From: a virus
Lineage: Duplodnaviria; Caudoviricetes
Direction: 5' to 3' (one strand)
Virus record (IMG/VR): IMGVR_UViG_3300032050_000128
Location: 1-63,249 of that record
Length of the DNA: 63,249 nt
The notes beneath the pieces were generated by a model. The model was given only the letters and a program-made list of their open reading frames with translations, was not told the origin of the DNA and searched no databases. Made by a program: the position numbers and the translations under genes. Shown here piece after piece: positions 9,353 to 18,032 of the stretch. Position 1 is the first letter of the stretch; each line of letters starts with the position of its first letter.

Positions 9353-9763
9353 CTAGTTGTGCATAATCCTAGCGCTGGTGGAGTTGTACGTGTTGCTGTA
9401 AACGACACCGGTTGTCGGCCAAGCTGGACGATAAATCTTTGGATCAAAGCCAGTTATCCAAAGCACGTCTTCATAATTTAGTACGACCATGCCGCACTGA
9501 CGCGCAACTTCAATTTCTAAAAGTGCTCCTGGAGACAACTCGTATCCGTCGAGCAGACACACCGCGTGGCACTCGAGCATCTGCTTCAGGTCTTCTCGCA
9601 TGTACTCCTCGCGAGTTCGGTCTCCGTGGCCGCCGAGCGCCTCGTGGGGACTGACGACGTCTATGCCACGGTCGCGCAGGGAAGTAGCCGCCGCGGCGAA
9701 GGCAGGATAGTTAAAGTCCGGCAGTCCGGTCATCGGTCCAGACAAGTACATTTTGTAGCTCAT
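9353..9763 (-). CDS. DUF4406 / nucleoside 2-deoxyribosyltransferase-like protein
   Basis: YLSGPMTGLPDFNYPAF, SPGALLEIEVA. Confidence 0.85.
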   Translation of the reverse strand: MSYKMYLSGPMTGLPDFNYPAFAAAATSLRDRGIDVVSPHEALGGHGDRTREEYMREDLKQMLECHAVCLLDGYELSPGALLEIEVARQCGMVVLNYEDVLWITGFDPKIYRPAWPTTGVVYSNTYNSTSARIMHN

Positions 9764-9858
9764 ACGGGGTAACTCTACGCTACAGAGTCAAAATACAACT
9801 ACGCGAAACACTACTAAAACACCGCGCGAATTGTTTCTAAGTTAGGTTATAGTTAGGT

Positions 9859-9929
9859 TCCTCGATTGTGTAATGGCAGCACAGGTGCCTCTGGAGCACC
9901 CAGTCCTGGTTCGAGTCCAGGTCGAGGAG
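9859..9929 (+). tRNA. tRNA-Gln(CTG)
   Basis: Acceptor TCCTCGA/TCGAGGA; anticodon arm GGTGC-CTCTGGA-GCACC; T-loop TTCGAGT. Confidence 0.93.
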
Positions 9930-9960
9930 CAAGGCAACCTACAAAAACAGGAGGCAGACC

Positions 9961-10311
9961 GTGCCAAGACACTTCGCACGTATGCTGCAGGAAGATCCGC
10001 AGGCGGCACTAGCCAGGCACGAAAACAGACTACAAAACAAAAAGAGAACGGACAAAGCGATGCAAGAACAGTACGTACCAGTCCCCTCGCACGTGCAGGT
10101 AATAATCAAAACCAAGGACGAGCGCATGCTCAGAAGCCTAGTCAAGACCCTGACCTGGAACCTGCTAGACATGGGGGTGACGGTATCCATCGCATACTTC
10201 TTCACGCGCGACATAAAGGTAGCTCTAGCGATTGGAATAGCACAGCAAGCCTGGGAGTCGGTGCTGTACTTCTTCCACGAGCGACTCTGGGCCAAAGTAA
10301 AAAAGATCTAA
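9961..10311 (+). CDS. DUF2061-family membrane protein
   Basis: RSLVKTLTW...LYFFHERLW. Confidence 0.8.
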   Translation: MPRHFARMLQEDPQAALARHENRLQNKKRTDKAMQEQYVPVPSHVQVIIKTKDERMLRSLVKTLTWNLLDMGVTVSIAYFFTRDIKVALAIGIAQQAWESVLYFFHERLWAKVKKI

Positions 10312-11262
10312 GTGCAAAAGGTACTAATCGCCGGTCACCAGCCCGGAAACCCGATGGGACTGTTCGCTGAGACTCTAGAGGTGTTTCACCAGCTAATTCG
10401 CTCAAAACAAGTGCTAGGACACTACGACACGGACTTGGCCGTCGAGTGGGGTGCAGACTGCTGCTACTACCACGAAGCCTCCGGCAAGAACGTGTTCGAG
10501 TACTACTTCACGCCGCTGTTTGACAAGCCGGTGCTGCCTGGCGTAGACAGAAAGATTGGAGCAAAAATAGCTGGCTTCTACGACGAGTCAATGGTCAGCA
10601 AGTGCACCTGGGGTCCGCTTTCCGTGCACAGAAATGAAAAGTCAAGAGCCAGATTTGTAAAGCAGGCCAACGAAGAAATATGGGAAAAAATATTTGGATT
10701 TAGACCAGGGGTGCGCTACAAGCTAGAGGAGACAGCCGAACCAGTAATCCGCAACCGCAAGACGGTTGGAACGCACCGCAGGACGACGGACTGGGGTCAC
10801 GGGCCGGTACCACGGAGGACAGACGTGTTTAGCGTGCTGGACGCGTACGTTGCCAACGGGTATCACGTCTACCTGTCGACCGACAACGAGCAAGAGGTAA
10901 ACGAGTTCAAGGTCAGATACGGGGACAAGCTGCTCTACACCAACGTATGTCGAGGCACAAACGACAAGGGACAGCCAATGTTTGGGCACTGTGCTTCTCC
11001 AGCCTACCACGGTTACGAAGCAATACTAGACGCCTTCATACTCTCTAGGACCAACGTGCGTCTAGCCACCAGCAGCAACCTGTCGACCTTCGCCGAGATA
11101 CTAAACCCGAGCCAAGAGGTAGACGAGCAACTGCAGCCAACCGTGCACGCCCAGGAGTACGAGAACGGAAAGTACGCCGCCATATACACTACAAAGTACG
11201 AAGGCTGGCCAAACAAAGCGGGATGGGGCTGTGGACACAACCACGACACGCACATAGTGTAA
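10312..11262 (+). CDS. NodZ/GT23-like fucosyltransferase
   Basis: GTHRRTTD, VYLSTD, AILDAFILSR, SSNLS motifs. Confidence 0.72.
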   Translation: MQKVLIAGHQPGNPMGLFAETLEVFHQLIRSKQVLGHYDTDLAVEWGADCCYYHEASGKNVFEYYFTPLFDKPVLPGVDRKIGAKIAGFYDESMVSKCTWGPLSVHRNEKSRARFVKQANEEIWEKIFGFRPGVRYKLEETAEPVIRNRKTVGTHRRTTDWGHGPVPRRTDVFSVLDAYVANGYHVYLSTDNEQEVNEFKVRYGDKLLYTNVCRGTNDKGQPMFGHCASPAYHGYEAILDAFILSRTNVRLATSSNLSTFAEILNPSQEVDEQLQPTVHAQEYENGKYAAIYTTKYEGWPNKAGWGCGHNHDTHIV

Positions 11263-11271
11263 GATACAGGC

Positions 11272-11481
11272 ATGACCACACAAACGCCGATACAACAAAG
11301 ACCACCCCTCACCGGACTGGACCGCTGCGACAAGTGTGGAGCACAGGCCTACTTCAGGGCCATCATGTTGTCTGGGCTGGAGCTAACCTTCTGCCTGCAC
11401 CACGGAAGCAAGCTAGCCGGACCGCTGGTAGCCCACGGCATAGCGTTGTTCGAGGATTACACCAATCTGCTAGAGAAGTAG
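11272..11481 (+). CDS. conserved actinobacterial zinc-binding small protein
   Basis: LTGLDRCDKCGAQAY...FCLHHG. Confidence 0.8.
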   Translation: MTTQTPIQQRPPLTGLDRCDKCGAQAYFRAIMLSGLELTFCLHHGSKLAGPLVAHGIALFEDYTNLLEK

Positions 11482-11488
11482 CCATAAG

Positions 11489-11899
11489 ATGCAAAAACCA
11501 GAAGACTACTTCGTACAGACTCCGCACGACCAGGATGGAAACCCACTACCGCAAGAGCCGTTCTCAGTCGCAGAAAAAGACGCCATAAAAATGCGTGCCC
11601 TGCAGAAGGTCAAGCGCGACCAAGCACTCAGGACACTGCACCTAAACCCACCGATACCGCACATCCCTCGTGGAGGCCGCAAGGAAGCCGAGGAAGCCTT
11701 CATACTGGGAGAACAGGTCGAGAGCTTCTGTGGCGCACCCTGGCAACCAACCAAGATTATTCCAGAGATGCTGAACTCGGACTGGGGAGACCACAACTGC
11801 TGCACTGCCTGCCTAGCCGAGAGGTACGGCAGACCTGAGCACTACTTCAAGACCAAGTACTTTCCAAAACCATGGATAGAGCCGGTGCGGTATGAGTAG
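11489..11899 (+). CDS. divergent DUF3039-like zinc-binding protein
   Basis: AFILGEQVESFCGAPWQP...CCTAC parallels the next gene. Confidence 0.6.
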   Translation: MQKPEDYFVQTPHDQDGNPLPQEPFSVAEKDAIKMRALQKVKRDQALRTLHLNPPIPHIPRGGRKEAEEAFILGEQVESFCGAPWQPTKIIPEMLNSDWGDHNCCTACLAERYGRPEHYFKTKYFPKPWIEPVRYE

Positions 11900-12128
11900 C
11901 CAGACAGAGACAGAGACCACCACAAAGCCCAGCGCCGGTGACGGTGACCACGACCGGTTTGCACACTATGTAGACAAGAACGATTCGACCCGTGCGTACA
12001 TCACCGGTGAGCCGGTAAAAGCTTTGTGCGGAAAAGTTTGGGTGCCGTCCCGAGACCCCAAGAAGTACAAAGTTTGCCCCACCTGCGCCGAGATTTTTGC
12101 CTTCCTGCACGGGGTGTCCGACTCCTGA
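11892..12128 (+). CDS. DUF3039 protein
   Basis: GDHDRFAHYV, GEPVKALCGKVWVPSRDP, VCPTCAEI. Confidence 0.9.
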   Translation: MSSQTETETTTKPSAGDGDHDRFAHYVDKNDSTRAYITGEPVKALCGKVWVPSRDPKKYKVCPTCAEIFAFLHGVSDS

Positions 12129-12190
12129 TGGGGCAAAATACACTACCAAGAAACAACAAAAACAAAATGCAAAAGTACGGTAGCGATAGC

Positions 12191-12310
12191 TATAAAGTAG
12201 TTAACTATTAACTAATGCTAACTATTTATAGTATACGCGTATGCACATACACATAGGGGCTACCCAAATAATAGTTGATAATAGTTAATAGTTAACATCT
12301 AGTACTTAAG
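12191..12310. repeat. AT-rich mirror-symmetric element, candidate replication origin or operator
   Basis: 15-bp perfect inverted repeat 12200-12214 / 12282-12296; three AACTAWT facing three AATAGTT. Confidence 0.6.
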
Positions 12311-12405
12311 TCAAAAATAAGTCAAGAAACACCGGTGCACTAGTCGTACTTTTTCAGTTTTTAGCGGTACTGTTGCCCATCTACTCAGAGAGAGGTGGGC
12401 AGCAA

Positions 12406-12645
12406 ATGGACTGGAACGGTCCTATAAAACCAGTCACCGAGATCAAGCCAAAGTCTTTGGACGCGGCTATTGACCTGCGCGACGAGGATAACCCCTGCTC
12501 TGTCTGCGTGTGCGGAGCTGACCTGTGGATAGTGTACGCAAAGTTCGATGAGGGTGGAATGTCCGCATACTTCCTGGACATCCAATGCGCCAACTGCGGG
12601 TCTATGGCGACTGCGCCTACCCCAAAGGAGGACGTGGCTACATGA
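12406..12645 (+). CDS. zinc-ribbon hypothetical protein
   Basis: CVCG...CANCGS; GAGGTGG RBS. Confidence 0.7.
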   Translation: MDWNGPIKPVTEIKPKSLDAAIDLRDEDNPCSVCVCGADLWIVYAKFDEGGMSAYFLDIQCANCGSMATAPTPKEDVAT

Positions 12646-12779
12646 CCGAGCTTACCAGCATTGGTACGGACATGGCCATAAAGGACTGCAAGGTCTGCGG
12701 TCCGTATAAAACTTCAACCTGCAAGCTGGCGCATGCTACTTGCCCTTACCGAGACTTGGATACTAACAGCGATGGCTAG
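12642..12779 (+). CDS. small Cys-rich hypothetical protein
   Basis: AGGAGG RBS; ATGA overlap. Confidence 0.55.
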   Translation: MTELTSIGTDMAIKDCKVCGPYKTSTCKLAHATCPYRDLDTNSDG

Positions 12780-13266
12780 AAAGATAAAACAAGGGCTAGA
12801 GCCCGCGAAGTCGCTCTTCGACAAGCTAGGGCTGGACCCTGAGGACGTTCTCAAGGTAGACTACGAGCTGAACGCCAGACCGGCAAAAGCCAAGCGAGAT
12901 CACCGAATTAACATCTGCGGACATCCAGTCGCTAGGGTCACCAACGCCAACGGAATCGTGTACTGCAAGCCGACACGAATGGAGTGTCCGGCCAAGAAGC
13001 TGAGACCCATGCTAGAGGTGTCCGACCTAAGGTTCTTCCTACGTCGCACCGAGGGTGGCGGTGCACTACACGCCCTCACCCGTGGTCTAGCCGCGCTGGA
13101 AGAAGCTGGTGGCAGTGCTAAATGGCTGGAAGATCTCGTGTGCGACCGCTGTGGCAGAGCCGACGGCGGAGTAGTTCCAGTCCCAGTGACTATAAACGGA
13201 ATACAGGTAAGTCGAGCAACCGGGTTCGACGCCATGCTATGCAAAGACTGCAGAGAGGCAATTTAA
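12772..13266 (+). CDS. zinc-binding hypothetical protein
   Basis: ICGH, C..C pairs; start moved to MARKIK. Confidence 0.7.
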   Translation: MARKIKQGLEPAKSLFDKLGLDPEDVLKVDYELNARPAKAKRDHRINICGHPVARVTNANGIVYCKPTRMECPAKKLRPMLEVSDLRFFLRRTEGGGALHALTRGLAALEEAGGSAKWLEDLVCDRCGRADGGVVPVPVTINGIQVSRATGFDAMLCKDCREAI

Positions 13267-13562
13267 TGGAAGAAATAGACGAGTCTCTACTACGTAGACC
13301 AGAAGAGCTGGCCGAGAAAATCTCCAAAGCGCTAGCACCAGACCTACGAGTATTCACTACGGCTGACGGCAGAAATCCATACACGCAGGTCACACTACGG
13401 GAGATAGATGACCACCTGGCTCAGGTAACGGGCGTAATCAGGTCAATCGTAGACGAGTGGGAGTCCATGATGGGGGAAGACGATAAATCTCTCTACAGCT
13501 TAGGCCTAAGACACGCCATCGACATCATCTATGGCAGAAGTCCGACAGCAAAGCACAAATGA
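13266..13562 (+). CDS. hypothetical protein
   Basis: TAATG overlap; start moved to MEEID. Confidence 0.7.
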   Translation: MEEIDESLLRRPEELAEKISKALAPDLRVFTTADGRNPYTQVTLREIDDHLAQVTGVIRSIVDEWESMMGEDDKSLYSLGLRHAIDIIYGRSPTAKHK

Positions 13563-13690
13563 CCAGACCCGCCATCAGGTGTGTAATCTGTAAAGAACGT
13601 ATCAGAATTAGACTAAGACACCTCTGGTCCGCCGAGTTAAATGGCTACTACTGCTCACCGTGCTGGAACAAAACACTCACCGGAGAGTAG
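13559..13690 (+). CDS. small zinc-finger protein (43 aa)
   Basis: CVIC...CSPC; ATGA overlap. Confidence 0.5.
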   Translation: MTRPAIRCVICKERIRIRLRHLWSAELNGYYCSPCWNKTLTGE

Positions 13691-13923
13691 ATAACTTTCA
13701 CTAAATCAGAAGCACTTCGTACAGTTATTTAGCCTCCCGGCTACAGTCTCCCTTCGTGCGGCCAACAAGCACGGAGGGGCATTTCTATTATAGATATTGC
13801 TTAGTTTGACAAAAATCTGTTTATGAAAGCAGACGTCTCTCGCCACACACCCAAATAACTTTCCACGACAGCATGTCATCAGTGGGAGTCCAACCTACGC
13901 CCACAGAACAGAAGGAACCCTGC

Positions 13924-14208
13924 ATGAACAAAGCAGCCCTAGAGTCCTACGCACGCAACCTGCTCGGCCAGGTGATCGGCGCCACCATGATCGTCTCCCA
14001 GACGAGCGGCATCGCCTCTCCCCTCGAGTTCGGCTCCGGCGAGTGGCTCCTGGTGGCCAACGCGCTTTGGGCCTCCGTCATCCCGACCGCCCTCCGCTGG
14101 CTCAACAAGAAGGACCCCGCCTTCGGCAAGGTCGGCGAAGCCGTCGCCAAGGAGGCCGGCAAGAAGCTCGACGCCGCCGCCAAGGCCAAGGCCAAGAAGA
14201 AGAAGTAG
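13924..14208 (+). CDS. holin-like membrane protein
   Basis: AALESYAR..., two hydrophobic helices, LRWLNKKDPAFG, basic tail; AAGGA RBS. Confidence 0.6.
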   Translation: MNKAALESYARNLLGQVIGATMIVSQTSGIASPLEFGSGEWLLVANALWASVIPTALRWLNKKDPAFGKVGEAVAKEAGKKLDAAAKAKAKKKK

Positions 14209-14212
14209 CCCC

Positions 14213-14449
14213 GTGACCGCCCGTCCCCCGCGCGCCCTCGGCGTCGCCGCGCTGACCGCCCTCTCCGTCGTCCTCTCGGACGCGGCCCGGGTCGTCGACG
14301 CGTCGGCCGGCCAGGCGCTGCGGGTGGGCGCGGCGTCCGCCGCCCTCTACCTGCTGGGCGCGGCCGCCTACCGGTACCTTCGTCCCGCCCCCGTCCCGCC
14401 CCTGGTGGCGGTGTTCCGGTCCCGGAGAGTCCCGCGGAAGAAGAGCTAG
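14213..14449 (+). CDS. small membrane protein
   Basis: Two hydrophobic segments; operon packing. Confidence 0.5.
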   Translation: MTARPPRALGVAALTALSVVLSDAARVVDASAGQALRVGAASAALYLLGAAAYRYLRPAPVPPLVAVFRSRRVPRKKS

Positions 14450-14507
14450 CACGTCCCAGCGACGCACGACGGAACCAGACCCACTGACCCACTAGGAGCA
14501 CACCCCC

Positions 14508-15431
14508 TTGACCACCACCCCCGACGACTTCGGCCTCGCGCCGTCCGTCGTCGAGGTCGACCCCGTCGACCTCGAGCCACGCACCGAGACCCCGTCCGAC
14601 ATGCGGCCAGACCTGGCCGAGCTCGGGATCGTCGAGATCGAGCGCGGCGTCTGCGAGGACACCTTCGAGAACCGCTCCGCCCTGCGGCGCGGCAAGCTGA
14701 ACTGGGACCCCGTCTACGACGGCACCGGCAAGCCGACCGGCCTGATCGCGGCCCGCTCCCCCGAGTCCGCGCGCGAGCGGCGGCTCCTGTCCCTGGCGGA
14801 GAAGCGGCCCCTCCTGGCCGACCCGTCCAACCACAACTCCGACTACGTCACCGGCGTCGACCTGATCGTCGACGACCAGGCCATGCGGCTCGCCCCGCCG
14901 TGGGTGGTCGGCGCGACGCGGGCCTGGCTCGCCGAGCAGAACAACCCCCCGGCCGGAAAGGCACGGCCGGCCTCCCAGCCGACGCGGTGCCGCTCCGTCA
15001 AGGCGGACGGCGTGCGGTGCATGCTCTGGTCCAGCGGTCGTCCCAAGGACGACGGCCTGTGTCGACCACACCTCGGACAGGGTCGCAAGACCGGCGAGGA
15101 CGTCGAGCGGGCACGCAAGAAGCTGGTGCAGGCGGCGACCTACGCGGTCGACGTGCTGGAAGAACTGATGGAGGGGGCGGCGAGCGAGCCCGTGCGGCTG
15201 AAGGCCAGCACGGAGATACTCGACCGCGCCGGAGTGAGGGGCGGCGTGGAGGTAGACTCCAACGTGACCGTCCACGACTCACGGCCTCCCCACCTCGTGG
15301 TGGCGGAGAGACTGCAGCGGCTCGCCCTGGCGGCGGAGCAACGCGCGGCGGCCCTGGCACAGCAGAACATCCTGGAGGCCGAGCCCACGGAGCCGGCCCC
15401 CGACAAGCAGGAGGGTGGGCCCGCGGAGTGA
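14508..15431 (+). CDS. terminase small subunit-like protein
   Basis: RC....G.RC...LCRPHLG zinc knuckle followed by AVDVLEELM...VRLKASTEILDRAG helical motif; AGGAG RBS before TTG. Confidence 0.6.
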   Translation: MTTTPDDFGLAPSVVEVDPVDLEPRTETPSDMRPDLAELGIVEIERGVCEDTFENRSALRRGKLNWDPVYDGTGKPTGLIAARSPESARERRLLSLAEKRPLLADPSNHNSDYVTGVDLIVDDQAMRLAPPWVVGATRAWLAEQNNPPAGKARPASQPTRCRSVKADGVRCMLWSSGRPKDDGLCRPHLGQGRKTGEDVERARKKLVQAATYAVDVLEELMEGAASEPVRLKASTEILDRAGVRGGVEVDSNVTVHDSRPPHLVVAERLQRLALAAEQRAAALAQQNILEAEPTEPAPDKQEGGPAE

Positions 15432-15598
15432 GCGGAGAGCACCTGGAACAACTGAGAATTCTGGCGGAACAGATGCGGGCAGACATAGAGCTCTGCCGCA
15501 CCCGCGAGGAACACGTGCGCCAGACGGCGCGCGCCAACGAGGCGGCCCGGCTGTACGCCGAGCTGTCCGCTTTACATGAAGAGAGAAACACAGTATAA
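15428..15598 (+). CDS. hypothetical protein (56 aa)
   Basis: GTGA overlap; VSGEHLEQLR... Confidence 0.55.
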   Translation: MSGEHLEQLRILAEQMRADIELCRTREEHVRQTARANEAARLYAELSALHEERNTV

Positions 15599-15599
15599 T
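15571..15599 (+). promoter_or_regulatory. early promoter cassette
   Basis: TTTACA-17-TATAAT. Confidence 0.8.
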
Positions 15600-15605
15600 A
15601 GATGA

Positions 15606-15758
15606 ATGAACAAAGACAGAATTTACAGAGCGGCACGGTACGTGCCGGAGAAGCTGAGACGGATACAGGAGCTGAGACGCTCGTCCGCGAGCGGCCCGAC
15701 ACGGAACGCGAAGGCGTACCGGCGGCACCCAAAGCACAGGGATCGAGAAACGGACTGA
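15606..15758 (+). CDS. leaderless small basic protein (50 aa)
   Basis: ATG 6 nt after the -10; MNKDRIY...EKLRRIQELRRSSASGPTRNAKAYRRHPKH. Confidence 0.6.
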   Translation: MNKDRIYRAARYVPEKLRRIQELRRSSASGPTRNAKAYRRHPKHRDRETD

Positions 15759-15964
15759 CCGCCACGGCGGCGGCCTACTCGAACCACCACTACCACCACC
15801 ACCAGGCCTGGCGCCACCTCCGAGAGGCGGCCCGACACCTGTCCCTTTCCAAGGCGGGCGCGGTAGTCGAGGACGGCGTCGTGCCGGACTGGATGCTGGC
15901 GTTCGAGCCGATGCTGCGGCGTGCCCTGGAGCACAGACCGCTGATCGAGCAGCTGTCGGACTGA
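15755..15964 (+). CDS. hypothetical protein, possible CTG start
   Basis: 3' half of track ORF 15602..15964; CTGA overlap with the previous stop. Confidence 0.45.
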   Translation: MTATAAAYSNHHYHHHQAWRHLREAARHLSLSKAGAVVEDGVVPDWMLAFEPMLRRALEHRPLIEQLSD

Positions 15965-16092
15965 ACCACGACCGCGTAGTTCCGCGGAATCGTCTGTCAG
16001 CGTTGACCTAGATCTAAACGTCCCTGGGGACTTCTCGCGTGCGAGTACGCGCGAGCGGCCTCCCGGTCGTGATAGGCATCACTGTATTACAC

Positions 16093-16121
16093 TTTACTTC
16101 GGTGCTCCGCCGTGCCATAAT
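16093..16121 (+). promoter_or_regulatory. early promoter cassette (variant -10)
   Basis: TTTACT-17-CATAAT, then GTCGGCAC-G-GTGCCGAC hairpin. Confidence 0.75.
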
Positions 16122-16174
16122 GGTAAATGTCGGCACGGTGCCGACGATCATTTCTTCCCACTAAGGAGGGACAA

Positions 16175-16363
16175 ATGACGGAAACACAAATCGCAACTCG
16201 TGTGCGTAAGGCGGGGAAGCTTTATGCAGACAAGATGTCAGTCGAGACCGTGGCAGTTCGCTTAGGAGTCTCCTATCCGACCGCCAAGTCTTACATCATC
16301 CAGTCAGGCGAGCGTATTCGCAACCCGAAGACACGCATGCTGACGAAGAAGAACCTGGCCTAA
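16175..16363 (+). CDS. single-HTH DNA-binding protein
   Basis: LYADKMSVETVAVRLGVSYPTAK...GERIR; AAGGAGG RBS. Confidence 0.8.
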   Translation: MTETQIATRVRKAGKLYADKMSVETVAVRLGVSYPTAKSYIIQSGERIRNPKTRMLTKKNLA

Positions 16364-16378
16364 AGAAGCCGGTTTTAT

Positions 16379-16423
16379 ACAGGGGGCCTGGGATAAGCTA
16401 AAAGTTTATCCTGTGCCCCCTGT
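16379..16423 (+). terminator. hairpin terminator
   Basis: ACAGGGGGC...GCCCCCTGT stem followed by CCATTTTT. Confidence 0.65.
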
Positions 16424-16449
16424 CCATTTTTGCCCCCGCACGGTATAAT
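16421..16449 (+). promoter_or_regulatory. early promoter cassette
   Basis: ACGG-TATAAT-A; leaderless ATG at 16456. Confidence 0.7.
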
Positions 16450-16455
16450 AGTGAT

Positions 16456-16854
16456 ATGGGACTAATAACTGGCATACTTCTCTACGACATCGCCGACAAG
16501 GCGGCGTCGATAGAGTCACAGATTAAAGAGCCGTACTCGGACGAAGAAGAGGCGGCCTTGGGCTACGCCGTGCTCATCGGCGCCTTCGCCACGGTGTTCT
16601 GGCCCTTTGCCATCGCCTGGCCACTGGCCCTGCGCCGCAACCCCTGGTGCTTTGGTTACCTGGCCACCGGTGCGGTGATCCTGATCCTCTCCCCCTTCAA
16701 CTACCTGGCCACCGGCATCCTCTTCGGCCTGGCCTGGACCTTCGTGTTCTGCTGGTGGATCCAAAACCCACAGCACGTCCGCCCCATGACAAACTGGTAC
16801 TTCGACTCCAAGCCACGAACGGCACAGCCTGTCCAGATGGAGCTACCCCTATAG
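16456..16854 (+). CDS. membrane protein
   Basis: Three hydrophobic helices. Confidence 0.75.
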   Translation: MGLITGILLYDIADKAASIESQIKEPYSDEEEAALGYAVLIGAFATVFWPFAIAWPLALRRNPWCFGYLATGAVILILSPFNYLATGILFGLAWTFVFCWWIQNPQHVRPMTNWYFDSKPRTAQPVQMELPL

Positions 16855-16869
16855 ACCGGGAATAAAACG

Positions 16870-16898
16870 CACCGTTGTGGAGTTATACACGGTATAAT
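16870..16898 (+). promoter_or_regulatory. early promoter cassette
   Basis: TTGT...ACGG-TATAAT-ACA; weak -35. Confidence 0.7.
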
Positions 16899-16964
16899 AC
16901 ACTCTTCGGTCCCCACTTGGAGCCGGATACTAAAGACAAACTACTAAAAAAGAAAAAAGGACAA

Positions 16965-17951
16965 ATGACTACACAAACAAGTAATGAAGCACGGACCGAC
17001 GCCCAGGTAGCAGCCCAGGCGAAGGAGCTATACGAATGGGTGCTCCGCTTTGCACAGGTAAACAAGTGGGAGCTGACAACAAACGACGGCGTGTCCGGGT
17101 TCGAGGGTGAGCTCGTAATGCGCGGAGTCTGCACCAAGATTTGGCCACAGTACGCCGGCGAGATTCGCCGAGCCGAGCTGGACGCCTTTATACAACCTAT
17201 TTACAGATACTTGCGCGCCACCGGAAACGCGGCGTGCGTCTACAATCCCGCGCTCGAGCAGCGCAAGGCGGCACCGGTCTGGTTCATCGCACAGAAGTGG
17301 AACACGGCCAAGCCGGTACCAGTGCCGCATTTTACCAACCGCAACACAGTCGAAGTACCGTCTTCCTTCTCCAGCGGCGGCTCAGGCAACTCCATCGGAG
17401 ACCTCATGCGCCCCGACGCGGCGGCCAAGATGCTCGAAATCGCAAAGGCAGCTCAGGCAAAGGCCCGGGCGAAGCGCGGCACCGCGAGCACGATCGCGGA
17501 CTACATCGAGGTAGTGATGCTCGAATCCGAGCACCCGCTCACCGCGGAAGAGGTTCTCTTCTCGCTGCGGACAGAAAACGTACAGGCCAGCGACTGGTCG
17601 GTGCGACTCAACCTCAGCGCCCTTATCGAGGCCGGCTCGGTTTCTATCAGGACCGAGACCGAGGAAGAACGCATCCTACGCAACGGCGGTCCGGCTGGTC
17701 GGTTCGCCCAGCTGTACGCACACGGCGACCACGTTCCACCGCGCACGGTCGGCAAGCTATTTAACAACATGGTCACGGCGGCAGCCGACGGCGAGACGGA
17801 CAGAGTTCAGCCGGTTGTAAGCGCATCGGGCCTGGACCCCAGGGTCGAGCAGATCGGACAGCTGGTCACACAGCTCATCGAGGAGGCCACCGTGGAACTA
17901 CGTTCCGAGCTGGCGTCGCTCAAGGACAAGCTGAGGTCTCTCCTCGGCTAG
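16965..17951 (+). CDS. winged-helix domain protein
   Basis: PLTAEEVLFSL...SVRLNLSALIEAGSV...GRFAQLY wHTH pattern; AAAGGA RBS. Confidence 0.65.
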   Translation: MTTQTSNEARTDAQVAAQAKELYEWVLRFAQVNKWELTTNDGVSGFEGELVMRGVCTKIWPQYAGEIRRAELDAFIQPIYRYLRATGNAACVYNPALEQRKAAPVWFIAQKWNTAKPVPVPHFTNRNTVEVPSSFSSGGSGNSIGDLMRPDAAAKMLEIAKAAQAKARAKRGTASTIADYIEVVMLESEHPLTAEEVLFSLRTENVQASDWSVRLNLSALIEAGSVSIRTETEEERILRNGGPAGRFAQLYAHGDHVPPRTVGKLFNNMVTAAADGETDRVQPVVSASGLDPRVEQIGQLVTQLIEEATVELRSELASLKDKLRSLLG

Positions 17952-17958
17952 GCACCGG

Positions 17959-18032
17959 CGGGGTGTGGCGCAGCTTGGTAGCGCGGGTGGTTCGGGATCA
18001 CCAGGTCGCAGGTTCGAATCCTGTCACCCCGA
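17959..18032 (+). tRNA. tRNA-Pro(CGG)
   Basis: CGGGGTG/CACCCCG acceptor; GGTGG-TTCGGGA-TCACC; GGTTCGAATCC. Confidence 0.95.

Noticed and set aside
13746-13790. Fourth inverted copy of the 705/795/1694 motif
   Set aside because: Partial similarity only, and better explained by the local CCTTCGTGC/GCACGGAGG terminator-like hairpin.
13947-15934. Long minus-strand and alternate-frame ORFs (442, 255, 232 aa) in the GC-rich patch
   Set aside because: Shadow ORFs caused by stop-codon scarcity; low-complexity R/P/G translations with no RBS.
17959-18032. tRNA as prophage att site
   Set aside because: No duplicated tRNA 3' end or integrase seen, and both flanks are phage-like.
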